From positions 51,522,001 to 51,586,000 of the forward strand of contig NC_043007.1 in assembly GCF_006345805.1 (NCBI RefSeq): a stretch of 64,000 bases of DNA. The letters are read 5' to 3'. The notes below the pieces were generated by a model. The model had not been told where the DNA came from, did not search any database, and saw only the letters and a program-made list of their open reading frames with translations. How positions within the stretch are numbered: position 1 is the stretch's first letter; each line of letters opens with the position of its first letter. The stretch is from Octopus sinensis (taxonomy: Eukaryota). The translations under genes and the position numbers were made by a program. Shown in pieces: positions 53,510-64,000 of this stretch.

Positions 53510-53513
<4 letters not shown>
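53325..53513 (+). repeat. Family H repeat with minimal HHR-like motif (53373-53410, U4C)
   Basis: GTTT-CCGACGA-A-GAGCTCCGCTC-GAAAC-G-GTT-AAAC; ends in (TA)n. Confidence 0.68.
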
Positions 53514-53557
<44 letters not shown>

Positions 53558-53687
53558 ATATATATTACAAAGTGAGATAGGGTTGTGAGTGTAACCCTCT
53601 ATGGGATATATATAATTAGTTAATAAATTATATGAATTGGTATTATTCTACTAGTTGATGATTGATTTAAATATGTTCCTCCATTTT

Positions 53688-53724
<37 letters not shown>

Positions 53725-53750
53725 GAGAAAGAAGCAAAGAATGGATTAGT

Positions 53751-53840
53751 TTTTAGTACAATTGTTTCATACAAAGACAGGCTTTATTACAGTTGCAAAA
53801 ATTGCAGCAGATAAAAGTGTCCCGTACTCATCAGCTAAAA
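53751..53840 (-). ncRNA. Type I minimal hammerhead ribozyme motif, intact
   Basis: Minus strand TTTTAG-CTGATGA-GTACGGGAC..GTCTTTGTAT-GAAAC-AATT-GTA-CTAAAA. Confidence 0.85.
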
Positions 53841-54594
53841 TACATATGAGTTCTCCAAACATCTTAGTGGGTGAGGCTATACTCATGAAGTATTGGAGAT
53901 AATTTCATTAAAGGCAGATTTAGGTTGCAAACAGATTTCCAAAGTTCCTTAATGATGATGCACAGTCTTATCACAGGTTCTTAAAAGCTTATTAGCTTCA
54001 CAGAGAAGGTGAATTAATCCGTAGTGTAGATTTAAATTTCCAGAGATATGAGGAGGATGATGCACAGACTTATCATAGGTTTTTAAAAACTTATTAGCTT
54101 CACAGAAAAGGTGAATTAATCCGTAGTGTAGATTTAAATTTCCAGAGATATGAGGAGGAATTTCATACTCACAGACGATGAATTTATCCATTGTTAATCC
54201 AAATACCTTATCATATAGCATGAAATTATTGTGGATTAACAATGGATAAATTCATCGTCTGTGAGTATGAAATTCCTCCTCATACATCTGGAAAATTAAA
54301 TCTACACTACGGATTAATTCACCTTTTCTGTGAAGCTAATAAGTTTTTAAAAACCTATGATAAGTCTGTGCATCATCCTCCTCATATCTCTGGAAATTTA
54401 AATCTACACTACGGATTAATTCACCTTCTCTGTGAAGCTAATAAGATTTTAAGAACCTGTGATATACTGATGGCATCATCATTAAGGAACTTTGGAAATC
54501 TGTTTGCAACCTAAATCTGCCTTTAATGAAATTATCTCCAATACTTCATGAGTATAGCTTTCACCCACTAAGATGTTTGGAGAACTCATATGTA

Positions 54595-54685
54595 TTTTAG
54601 CTGATGAGTACGGGACACTTTTATCTGCTGCAATTTTTGCAACTTGTAATAAAGCCTGTCTTTGTATGAAACAATTGTACTAAAA
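54595..54685 (+). ncRNA. Type I minimal hammerhead ribozyme motif, intact
   Basis: Stem I TTTTAG/CTAAAA (6 bp); CTGATGA 54601-54607; GAAA 54668-54671; palindromic ACAATTGT; predicted GUA cut after 54679. Confidence 0.87.
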
Positions 54686-54833
54686 ACTAATCCATTCTTG
54701 TTGCTTCTTTCTCGTTTATAATCACCCCACATTACTGTATGGTTAACACCATATAGTTTTTCTGGTGCATCTAAGTTAAGTACCACATTCAAGTAAATTC
54801 ATTGGAATTGACTTGAATCTTAATTGCTTTGAT

Positions 54834-54888
<55 letters not shown>

Positions 54889-54989
54889 CTATATAATATA
54901 TATTATATATACGTATATTATAATATACATATATACATACATACATATATACATACATACATACATACATACATACATACATACATACA

Positions 54990-55025
<36 letters not shown>

Positions 55026-55514
55026 TATATATGAGAATAACTAAGTTTTAGTATTGTATTATTTAAAAGACTGATACGATGAAATAATGAAGAGGAAACA
55101 TATTTACAATAAAATTAGAATATGAAGATTTTAAAACAATTATTGTTGGTCTCGGAACGCATACATAGAAGGTGCGGCAAAAGAAAGCATTCACTCCCAC
55201 CGCTATCCATCATTCTTGATAAACGTTTCCGCAGTAAACGTACAGTGGGCACCCGGGATGTACACAATGCTAAGTATACACGTTAAAACTAAATGAACAC
55301 GTAATTAGCACATGCTTGACTTCAATAGCACCTCACCAACTAACGTGTCATATTATGGACGTAGTTAAGCTAATTTCTATACAGACGTGTATCAACACAG
55401 ATTCACTCATGAATATATATAAATATATATTCACGTTGTATGTAACGGAAATAGAAGCTAAAATACATTCCAGAGTCTAGTTGATTAAATAAAACTAAAC
55501 TGTAACAGTATATA

Positions 55515-55588
<74 letters not shown>

Positions 55589-55631
55589 GAATAATAATAA
55601 TATTAATGATAATGATAATGATAATGATAAT

Positions 55632-56050
55632 AGTCTTGGTATAAAAGATGGGCTACAGCAAATATTAAGCTCGATACCACAGATTTGCTTGTCAGTTGTT
55701 TGACCTTAACCAGTTGAGCATGTCCCTCAGTGGCTGACGATATGTGCATCTCTGATCACGAGCAGAAGTAGTGGGGGAGCATCATAGAGGGATTCTTTGG
55801 GGTTTGAATAATTCACCTCTGGAAACATGGGTGGTTCTTTCAACATCCTTAAACAACCCTTATTCAGGGACCTTTTGAGCGGGATGGGCTACTCAACCTG
55901 AAGAAAATTCTAACTGGGCCCCACCTGCAATGGTCGTGATGCATGTGCCTGGTGTACCCTTATCAGACGGGTAGTCATGATCAGTATATTGGGCTTCGTA
56001 TATTTTACCCCAGTGTCACTTTGATGGCATGAACTGCTCTCTCACTCAAT
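55632..56050 (+). mobile_element. Family T element in (TAA)n, 5'-truncated, two small internal deletions
   Basis: AGTCTTGGTATAAAAGATGGGCTAC..CTCTCTCACTCAAT(AAT)n. Confidence 0.85.
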
Positions 56051-56168
56051 AATAATAATAATAACAACAACGACAACGACAACAACAGCAACAGCAACAA
56101 CAACAACAACAACGACCACAACGGCGACGACGACGACGACGATGACGATGATGATGATGATGATGATG

Positions 56169-56230
<62 letters not shown>

Positions 56231-56232
<2 letters not shown>

Positions 56233-56750
56233 GATGCAAAAGGGCCAGACATCATATTGAAAGACTTCAAACAAAGAACATGCCTCCTCATTGATATGAC
56301 TGTCCCAATCGATATAAACGTATCTGTCAAGACTTACCAAAAACTGAGCAAATATAAAGATCTTGAAATAGAAATCAGCAAAATGTGGAAGTTGAAGACT
56401 AAAACAATACCTGTTGTCATAGGTGCCCTGGGAATGATAGCGAAAGGGACTGATTGCTACCTAACTCAGATACCAGGAAACCCCAAAATGGCAGAAATTC
56501 AAAAGATAGTGCTCATGGGAACTGCTCATATCCTACGCAAAATACTCTCTATGTAATCCCAAGGTTTAAAACAAACTTTTTTTTATTTTTATTTATTTTT
56601 TTTTTATGTATTAGACATTCACTAGTACAACACCAAAAAAAAAAAAACCCAAATATATGGCACAGAACTTCCAACCTGTTGTCTCTTGAGGTCTCTGGGT
56701 GAGACTTGGAGCCAACTTGTACAGACATAAAGCAAAAGTCAAACATAGAA
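56231..56750 (+). mobile_element. R4/Dong-like LINE family DC, 3' fragment (RLE + 3' UTR)
   Basis: RPDIILKDFKQRTCLLIDMTVP..QKLSKYKDLEIE..GTAHILRKILSM; (TAA)n on both sides. Confidence 0.9.
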
Positions 56751-56976
56751 TAATAATGATAATAATAATAATAATAATAAATTAGCGGGTAGATTATATG
56801 CTTTTGCTTTAAACATTTAACCAGAACTTACTGCAAACTATAATCTTACAATTTTATCGTCGGATATAGAAAATTTAAAAAATTTAAATTTAAAAAAAGT
56901 CCTTAGCTGTTAAAACTACTCCGTACACAATCACATCATATCTAATATGAACGTCCTCGTACACGTGCATACCTAC

Positions 56977-57099
<123 letters not shown>

Positions 57100-57165
57100 A
57101 TAAATACACACACATATACACATCCATACACATATACATGTATATGTGTATATATATATTAAATA

Positions 57166-57329
57166 GGCGCAGGAGTGTCTGTGTGGTAAGAAGCTTGTTT
57201 CTCATCCACATGGTTCCAGGTTCAGTCCCACTGCGTGGCACCTTGGGCATGTGTCTTCTACTATAGCCTCGGGCCGAAAAAAAAGCCGTATGAGTGAATT
57301 TGGTAGACGGAAACTGAAGGAAGCCCGTC

Positions 57330-57365
<36 letters not shown>

Positions 57366-57382
57366 GCGTGTGTGTGAGACTC

Positions 57383-57413
<31 letters not shown>

Positions 57414-57591
57414 CCACCACCGTCTCTTAACAACTGATCTTGGTGTGTTTACGTACTTGTAACTTAGCGGTTCGGCAAAAAGTGACGAGACTTACAAAGA
57501 ATAAGTCCCGGGGTCGATTTGTTCGACTAATGGCGGTGCTCCAGCATGACCGCAGTCAACATAACTGAAACAAGTAAAATAATAAAAGAAT
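57166..57591 (+). mobile_element. Full-length SINE family A
   Basis: GGCGCAGGAGTGTCTGTGTGGTAAG head, B box GGTTCAGTCCC, CORE-like block, (TG)n linker, 3' half and tail. Confidence 0.9.
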
Positions 57592-58800
57592 ATATATATT
57601 TATACTATATATATATATATATATATATACATCAACATATATATACGCAAAAATATATAGACATATATACATACATACATATGCAAACACACACATATTT
57701 CATATAATCTAAGTAAAATATTTTTGTCCGTGTTGGTGTGCGCGCGTATATATACACATTAATATATATATATGTACGCATGTATAATACATACAAGCAT
57801 GTAAATATATATACACATGTTAAAATATATATGTATGTATATGTACACACGCATACACACACACCCTCATAAATATATTACTACACATAAATATACGTTT
57901 GCACACACGCAGCTCACACTAATATACGCAAAAAATACAACGTACATAATACATATAACACCAACATATCACTTAAATATGTCTAACACAAAATAAATTG
58001 ACAATATTTTTACGTATAAATATTTAAAATTAGATCGGATGTAAAAAACATTTTCTGAAAGTTTATAGTTCTCTCTCCACACACTTTATTATAACTACAT
58101 GATTGCTAGACTTAGTAGACTTATACGGGCCTTGTGTGTTCATTATCGTATGAACTGAATATAGTCGAATGGAAATAAATTTGTATTTGTGTCTTTCTGT
58201 GTGCATATAAACATATATAAATATATACATGTGTGCCAGTGTGTGTACATGTGTGTGTATGCGTGTGTGTGTACATGTGTGTGTAAGTAAGTGCGTGCGC
58301 GCTCGCGCGTGTGTGTGTGTGTGGTGCAATAAATGAAATTTTTCTATAAGCTTTTCCGATTCAAAATTTCGCATAGAATCCATAACAGTTGAAAAGGAAA
58401 CTAAAAAATCTATACAACGACACAAATATATATGTATATATATATGTACATATGTGTGTGTGGGCGCACATACATACAAACGCATACGCATATAGTGTCT
58501 CACACACACTCACATATCACATATATTATTGCATGTTTACGTGTGTTTGTGTCAGTGTGCTTGTATGCATTATATATATGCTTGTATATATGTAAATATG
58601 CATGTATGAATGTACTTATGCATGAATATATGTATGTGTATATATATAGTGTATATATGTGCGTGTGTGAGTATATATATGTATGTATGTATGTATATAA
58701 GCATATATATATATGTATGTATGTATGTCTCTAAGCATATATACTCATATATACACCCACAAACATATATCTAGCTAGCAAAATAGATAGATAGATAGAT

Positions 58801-58844
<44 letters not shown>

Positions 58845-59351
58845 AATTTATAATATGTATGTATATATGTATGAATGAGTATATGTATATGTCTGTGAGC
58901 GTATATATTAATGAATCCCGAGTTCGATCTACGTTGTTTTAATTAATTTAATATTTATATATACTTCTATTTAAGAAATTATATTAAGTCGTCTTTCCTT
59001 AATACATTTAATGACAATAGGTTGTGTGCGTACAAGCGATGGAACATCACATTAACGTGACTTGTACCATTTCGTTTACTTCTGTTCACATTATCAGTTC
59101 AAATCCCGGTGGAATGAACACTGTTTGTCATACCCAGCGGACGATAAAGTGACCTCTGTCCAAAAGATACCGGCATCTATTGAATTAACAGTTTCCGTTC
59201 CTCTTCTCAATTCTGTTTGATTATTGTTATTATTAAAAATTGAATTTTGTCTCGACAAATAGATTTTTTTTAGATTAAAAGAAATCATCACGATCATCAT
59301 TATCATATCATCGTCATCAACAACATTTTTATTATCATTATCATCATTATT

Positions 59352-59393
<42 letters not shown>

Positions 59394-59406
59394 TATTATT
59401 ATTATT

Positions 59407-59987
59407 ATTGAGTGAGAGAGCAGTGCATGCCATCAAAGTGACACTGGGGTGGTATATACGTAGCCCAGTATACCCATCATGACTACCCATTTGATAAGGG
59501 TACACCAGGCACATGCATCACAAACAAATGCGTACGACATGGTGATCTCATATCACGATTAACAGCGCATGATCTTGCAGATATGGGCCAGTTAGAATAT
59601 TTTCAAGTCGAGTTGCTCATCCCACTCAAACGGTCCTGGAATAGGGATTGTTTAAGGATATTGAACGGAACACCCATATTTCCAGAGGTGAATTATCCAA
59701 ACTTCAAAGAATTCCTTTGAACACTCGGCTATTATCCCCCACTACTTCTGCTCGTGATCAAAAATGCACATATCGTCAGCCACTAAGTGACATGCTCAAC
59801 TATTTAAAATCAAACAACTGACAAGCAAATCTGTGGTATTGAGCAGAATATTTGCTGTAGCCCATCTTTTAGACCAAGACAAAACAATATACATGATAAC
59901 ACTTCCAATCAGTTAAGATGAGAAGCCATGAAAACCACTGCCTGGTGCTGTATCAGGGCATTGAAAGCCACTACCTGGTACTGCATT
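59407..59987 (-). mobile_element. Full-length family T element (~570 bp) with tandemly duplicated 5' end, flanked by (TAA)n
   Basis: Minus strand GCAGTACCAGGTAGTGGCTTTC-AATGCCCTGATACAGCACCAGGCAGTGGTTTTC..CTCTCTCACTCAAT(AAT)n. Confidence 0.85.
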
Positions 59988-59989
59988 AC

Positions 59990-60051
<62 letters not shown>

Positions 60052-60137
60052 TATTATTATATTATTATTATTATATTATTATATTATTATTATTATATTA
60101 TTATTATTATTTATTATTATTATTGTTGTTGTTTATG

Positions 60138-60210
60138 TTATAGGTTTTTCTTCTTCTTTCAAATTTGCTTCCATTTCTTGCCGAGTGTCTTCCCGACTCC
60201 TAGGGCAAGG
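60138..60210 (-). mobile_element. Dong-like family DB 3' UTR stub
   Basis: TTCAAATTTGCTTCCATTTCTTGCCGAGTGTCTTCC..CTAGGGCA resembles 35630-35690; (TAA)n tail on the minus strand. Confidence 0.6.
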
Positions 60211-60329
60211 AAACTCATAGTATACATTGGTAGGCTATTAAACTAAACTCACTAATTCGTTATTTTTTTGGGGGCGGGGATAGAAATAAAGTTAAATTAA
60301 AATACATGGGTAGTAATAGTTCTCACATC

Positions 60330-60377
<48 letters not shown>

Positions 60378-60580
60378 TATTATTATTATTATTATTATTA
60401 TCATCATCATAACTGGCTTCACAATAATAGTAATTTATATTCAACTGAAACCAAAGGGTATAATTTGATATTTAAAATTTCTCAGTTAACGTTTATTAGT
60501 AAGTTATTATTGTGTGAGTGTGTGTGTGTGTGTAAGTGTGTGTACGTGCATATATGTGTCGAGGCATCTGAGTGTTGTTT

Positions 60581-60615
<35 letters not shown>

Positions 60616-60690
60616 ATAGAAATGGCAAGACAACAAAATAATAAAAGAGACCTCGATATTATGTAAATAGAGGAATTTATCTGTAAATAT

Positions 60691-61548
60691 AATATGTGAC
60701 AATTATTCAGTAGCTATGATAAAACTCCGAGTTTCGGATGTCAGGGCGGAAACCCACGCCGGCATCTCTTTAGTTATCGTGCCATCGAAAAAAATGCTAT
60801 GAAAATGACTGTTAAAACAAAGGCAAATTACTGTGTGATTGATCGTTATTAAGACAAAAGAGCTATTAGAATGACCGCTAAGTAAGGGAGTAAAAATGTT
60901 CACAATAATCGTGTAAGCGCGCATGTCCATGCATGCAAGCGTCTATATGTATATACTCATCCACCCTCACTTGAAACGCACACATCCTCACCCACACATT
61001 CGCCAAAAAATATATACATACCCGCATACACACGCTCGCACACACACACGCACATGTCTATATACTCACATGTACAAGAAAAAACAGGGCTAAAGGCAAA
61101 ATACAGACAATTGTGCAAAAAAAGTGTAAAAAAATAAGCAATAAGCGTAAAACACGTCTATATACGCACACACTTGCATGCACGCGCGCACACACACACA
61201 TCTATATGGCCACGTACCTGCACACACGCATACATCTATATGCGCGTGCACGAAAAATTCCATATACACATTTCGGGCGCGCGTGTGTATGTATGGACAT
61301 GCGCGCTTACGCGATTACTATGAACATTTTTACTCCCTTACCTTTACTCCCTCCCCTTACTTAGTGGTTATTCTAATAGTCCCTTTGTCTTAATAACGGA
61401 CAATCACACAGCTTTTACCTTTGTTTAACGGTCATTTTCATAGCAATTTTTTCGATGGCCCGATAGCTGAAGAGATGCCGGCGTGGGTTTCCGCTCCGAC
61501 CCCCGAAACTCGGAATTTTATCATGGCTACCGAATAATTGTCACATAT
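60691..61548. repeat. Head-to-head inverted repeat (~250-bp arms) with an HHR motif in each arm
   Basis: 60691-60935 is the reverse complement of ~61290-61548. HHRs at 60718-60778 (-; core CTAAAGA) and 61462-61522 (+; core CTGAAGA, stem I GATAG/TTATC). Confidence 0.8.
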
Positions 61549-61561
61549 TATGTTTACAGAT

Positions 61562-61639
<78 letters not shown>

Positions 61640-61664
61640 AATATAGTACCTGGGATACTACCTT

Positions 61665-64000
61665 GTTCGTTTTGTAGAGGCTTGTGGGCTGCTGGGATTT
61701 CGTAGGGTCATGCTGAACAGGTGCAGCCATATTTGAAGAGACTATCAATAGCAACCAGACCAAAAGTATTCTACTATTTTGAACGACGGGTCAGGTGGAT
61801 GAAGCTACCTACCCAACAGCTGAGAATGTGGATGAAGGCTTGTGAACTTCAAAAGTTCAACATCGTTGCTCTGATTGAGACTAGAAGAATAGGAGAAACG
61901 TATTTACCTTGTACAACCTAGGATCTATGATGTGAGATTTGCCGTCGGAAATAGCCTGTTTCATAAACTGACAAAGCAATCTCTCGGAATCGGTGAAAGA
62001 CTTATGACACTGAGGATTATGTTCTATAGAAATAAACACGTCACTAGTATCAACCCCTATGCTCTAACCTTGGACGCTGAAGACGACGTGACGGAAAACT
62101 TTTACGCTCATCTCGATGAGGTACTATCTTCCACTCCAAAAGACAAGATTGTGCTATTTTGTGACTTTAATGCTAGAGTCGGGAGAGACCACAGGCTCTG
62201 CACTGGAACCATCAGAAAAGAAGGAACTGGCAGTGTTAACACCAACAGGACACTTTCCACCAAGTGTGCTGAGCATGATCTGGTGATTACCAATATCTTA
62301 TTTCACCAGAAAAGCAAAGCTTCGTGGCAATATCCACTGACACCTGATTGATCATGTCATTATATAATCCCGTGACCACCAAGATGTGCTGATGACCCAA
62401 ACCGTCACAGATGCAAGTGGATGTTGGACAAACCATCGCCTTATTTCCTTCTCCATAAAAATGAAGATTCGATGAAAAAGAAACGGTGAGACCAGAATAG
62501 AAGCAAGAAATTCTATGTTGAAAAACTTCAGGATGCCAAATGCACGAACGATTACAACAAAATCACCAGGAATATCTGCCTAAAAATTTGTCACAAACTG
62601 TCGAAGAAGACTGGAACTAGCCCAAAATTCCTATCATCACCACCTGCAAAGAAACGCTTTGTTTCAAGACCAGGAAGCATCAAGATTGGTGTGATGAAAA
62701 TTATGAACAATTTCACCAACTCATCGACAACAAAAGAAATGCCTTCATTGCTCTAAAAATGATCGGAAGTCTGTCAGCAAGAAGAAAAAGTACCAAGGAT
62801 GCAAAGCCGCCGTTCAAAGGGTTACACGATACCTAAAACGACGATGGTGGAGGGAAAAGACCCATGAAATTCAACAGGGCTTCTTCAACGCAACTAAGGC
62901 TGTCCTTCGATGCATGATCAAACCCTTCTCAAAAACAAAGATAGTAACACCATCTTGAAATCTGATGTTACTGTCAACGCCATTTGGAAGGAACATGCGT
63001 ACGAGGGCCCTAGTCAACAACAGTGACACTGAATCAGCTCAAGTAAGATCAGAAGTGATACAAGACTGCGTCATAGCTCTCACACTTTTCATCGTCAGAA
63101 TTGCCACCATCATTGAAATCATCAAAGATGATCTCCCACTAGGAATTGAAGTTACTTATCGAACCGATTCCAAACTTTTCAGTCTTGCCCGATTGAGGTT
63201 CAAAAACAAAATCTTGAAATGCTTCATCATCGCGTGTCAATGTGCTTACGACTGCATTGCAGTATTATCCGAAGAAAATTTACAACATACACTCAATGCT
63301 TTCCATCAAGGTTACAGAAAACTGGGACTCACCATCAAGTCCCAGCAAGAAGACACAAGTCATCTCCCAACCATCACCAATGGATGCAAACAGTGCGCAA
63401 ACAGACTCTGGAATCGAGGGCGTAGTCTTAGAAAGCGTGTATCGTTTTTCGTATCTGGGAACTCGCCTCTCTTCCAATGCTGACATATATGACGAAATCC
63501 AGCATCGTCTCGAAAGCGCCGGTGCTGCCTTTGGCCATCTCTGAACGAGAATATTTCAGGATCGATGCATTTGAACAGTATGTTGAAAGAAGTCAACATG
63601 ATCTCCATTGAAGCTATCCTCATCCAGAAACAACTGAAATGGACTAGTCATCTTGTCCGGATGAAAAACAACCTTTTATCGAAGCAACTTCTCTACTCTC
63701 AAATAAAAGAAGGAAGGCGAAAATGAGGGTAAAAGAAAAGATTCAAAGATGTCCTAAAAGCCAACTTCAAGAAATGTAATACTGACGCTGTGAATTGAGA
63801 GAGAAATGCTCAAGATTGAGAACGCTGGAGACCCATCAACAAAAAGGAAATAGCAACCTTTGAGATCAGTAGGGCTGCCAGGCAAGAAGAAAAGAGGATG
63901 CACAGAAAAGATAGACAAGAACAAACAAGAAACCTTCCATCTTTAATATTCTATTCCACTTGTGGAAAAAACTACCCAGCAAGAATCGAACTCATCAGGA
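61665..64000 (+). mobile_element. RTE-clade LINE, decayed: APE endonuclease, most of RT deleted, C-terminal region
   Basis: IVALIETRR; GIGERLMTLR; YALTLDAEDDVTENFY; IVLFCDFNARVGRD; KCAEHDLVITN; later YLGTRLSSNADIYDEIQHRLESAGAAFGHL. Many frameshifts. Confidence 0.88.

Larger units (their letters stand above)
53723..54715. mobile_element. ~1-kb palindrome of two head-to-head Penelope-like 3' ends, each with an intact HHR
   Basis: Arms 53723-54201 and 54232-54715 are near-identical reverse complements with a 30-nt spacer. An alternate frame reads SYLWKFK.. (GIY-YIG C-terminal-like). Internal ~75-bp tandem repeat. Confidence 0.88.

Noticed and set aside
53949-54514. Divergent 97-aa and 90-aa ORFs with repeated PPHISGNLNLHYGL motif as a novel repeat-protein pair
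   Set aside because: They mirror each other because of the palindrome, and the repeat is a ~75-bp DNA duplication; another frame looks like a decayed GIY-YIG C-terminus.

Overview
Eukaryotic, AT-rich, almost entirely repeat-derived window with no supportable host gene, rRNA/tRNA gene or CRISPR array. The SINE families and microsatellite density are most consistent with an octopus/coleoid cephalopod genome (inference, no search run). Most ORF-track entries are microsatellite read-throughs. Real coding signal comes from decayed transposons: Tx1/L1, three R4/Dong-like RLE LINE families, CR1-group, RTE, Penelope-like (RT + GIY-YIG), and Tc1/mariner. There are also a Helitron with three stacked 3' ends, a Helentron-type HINE and three tRNA-SINE families. 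The main signal is an RNA layer the ORF track misses: about 20 type I hammerhead ribozyme (HHR) motifs, about 10 with an intact CUGANGA/GAAA core. They come from several unrelated families, nearly all with a self-complementary (dimer-forming) stem III. They recur in two architectures: a ~358-bp tandem HHR unit resembling a circRNA-producing non-LTR retrozyme (40.5-41.7 kb), and head-to-head mirror cassettes with a ribozyme in each arm (43.6-44.3, 53.7-54.7, 60.7-61.5 kb). Also notable are a ~570-bp non-coding retro-element sharing (TAA)n targets with Dong-like LINEs, and an isolated 30-bp-stem pre-miRNA-like hairpin at 19491-19558. All folds were made by eye and none was computed.
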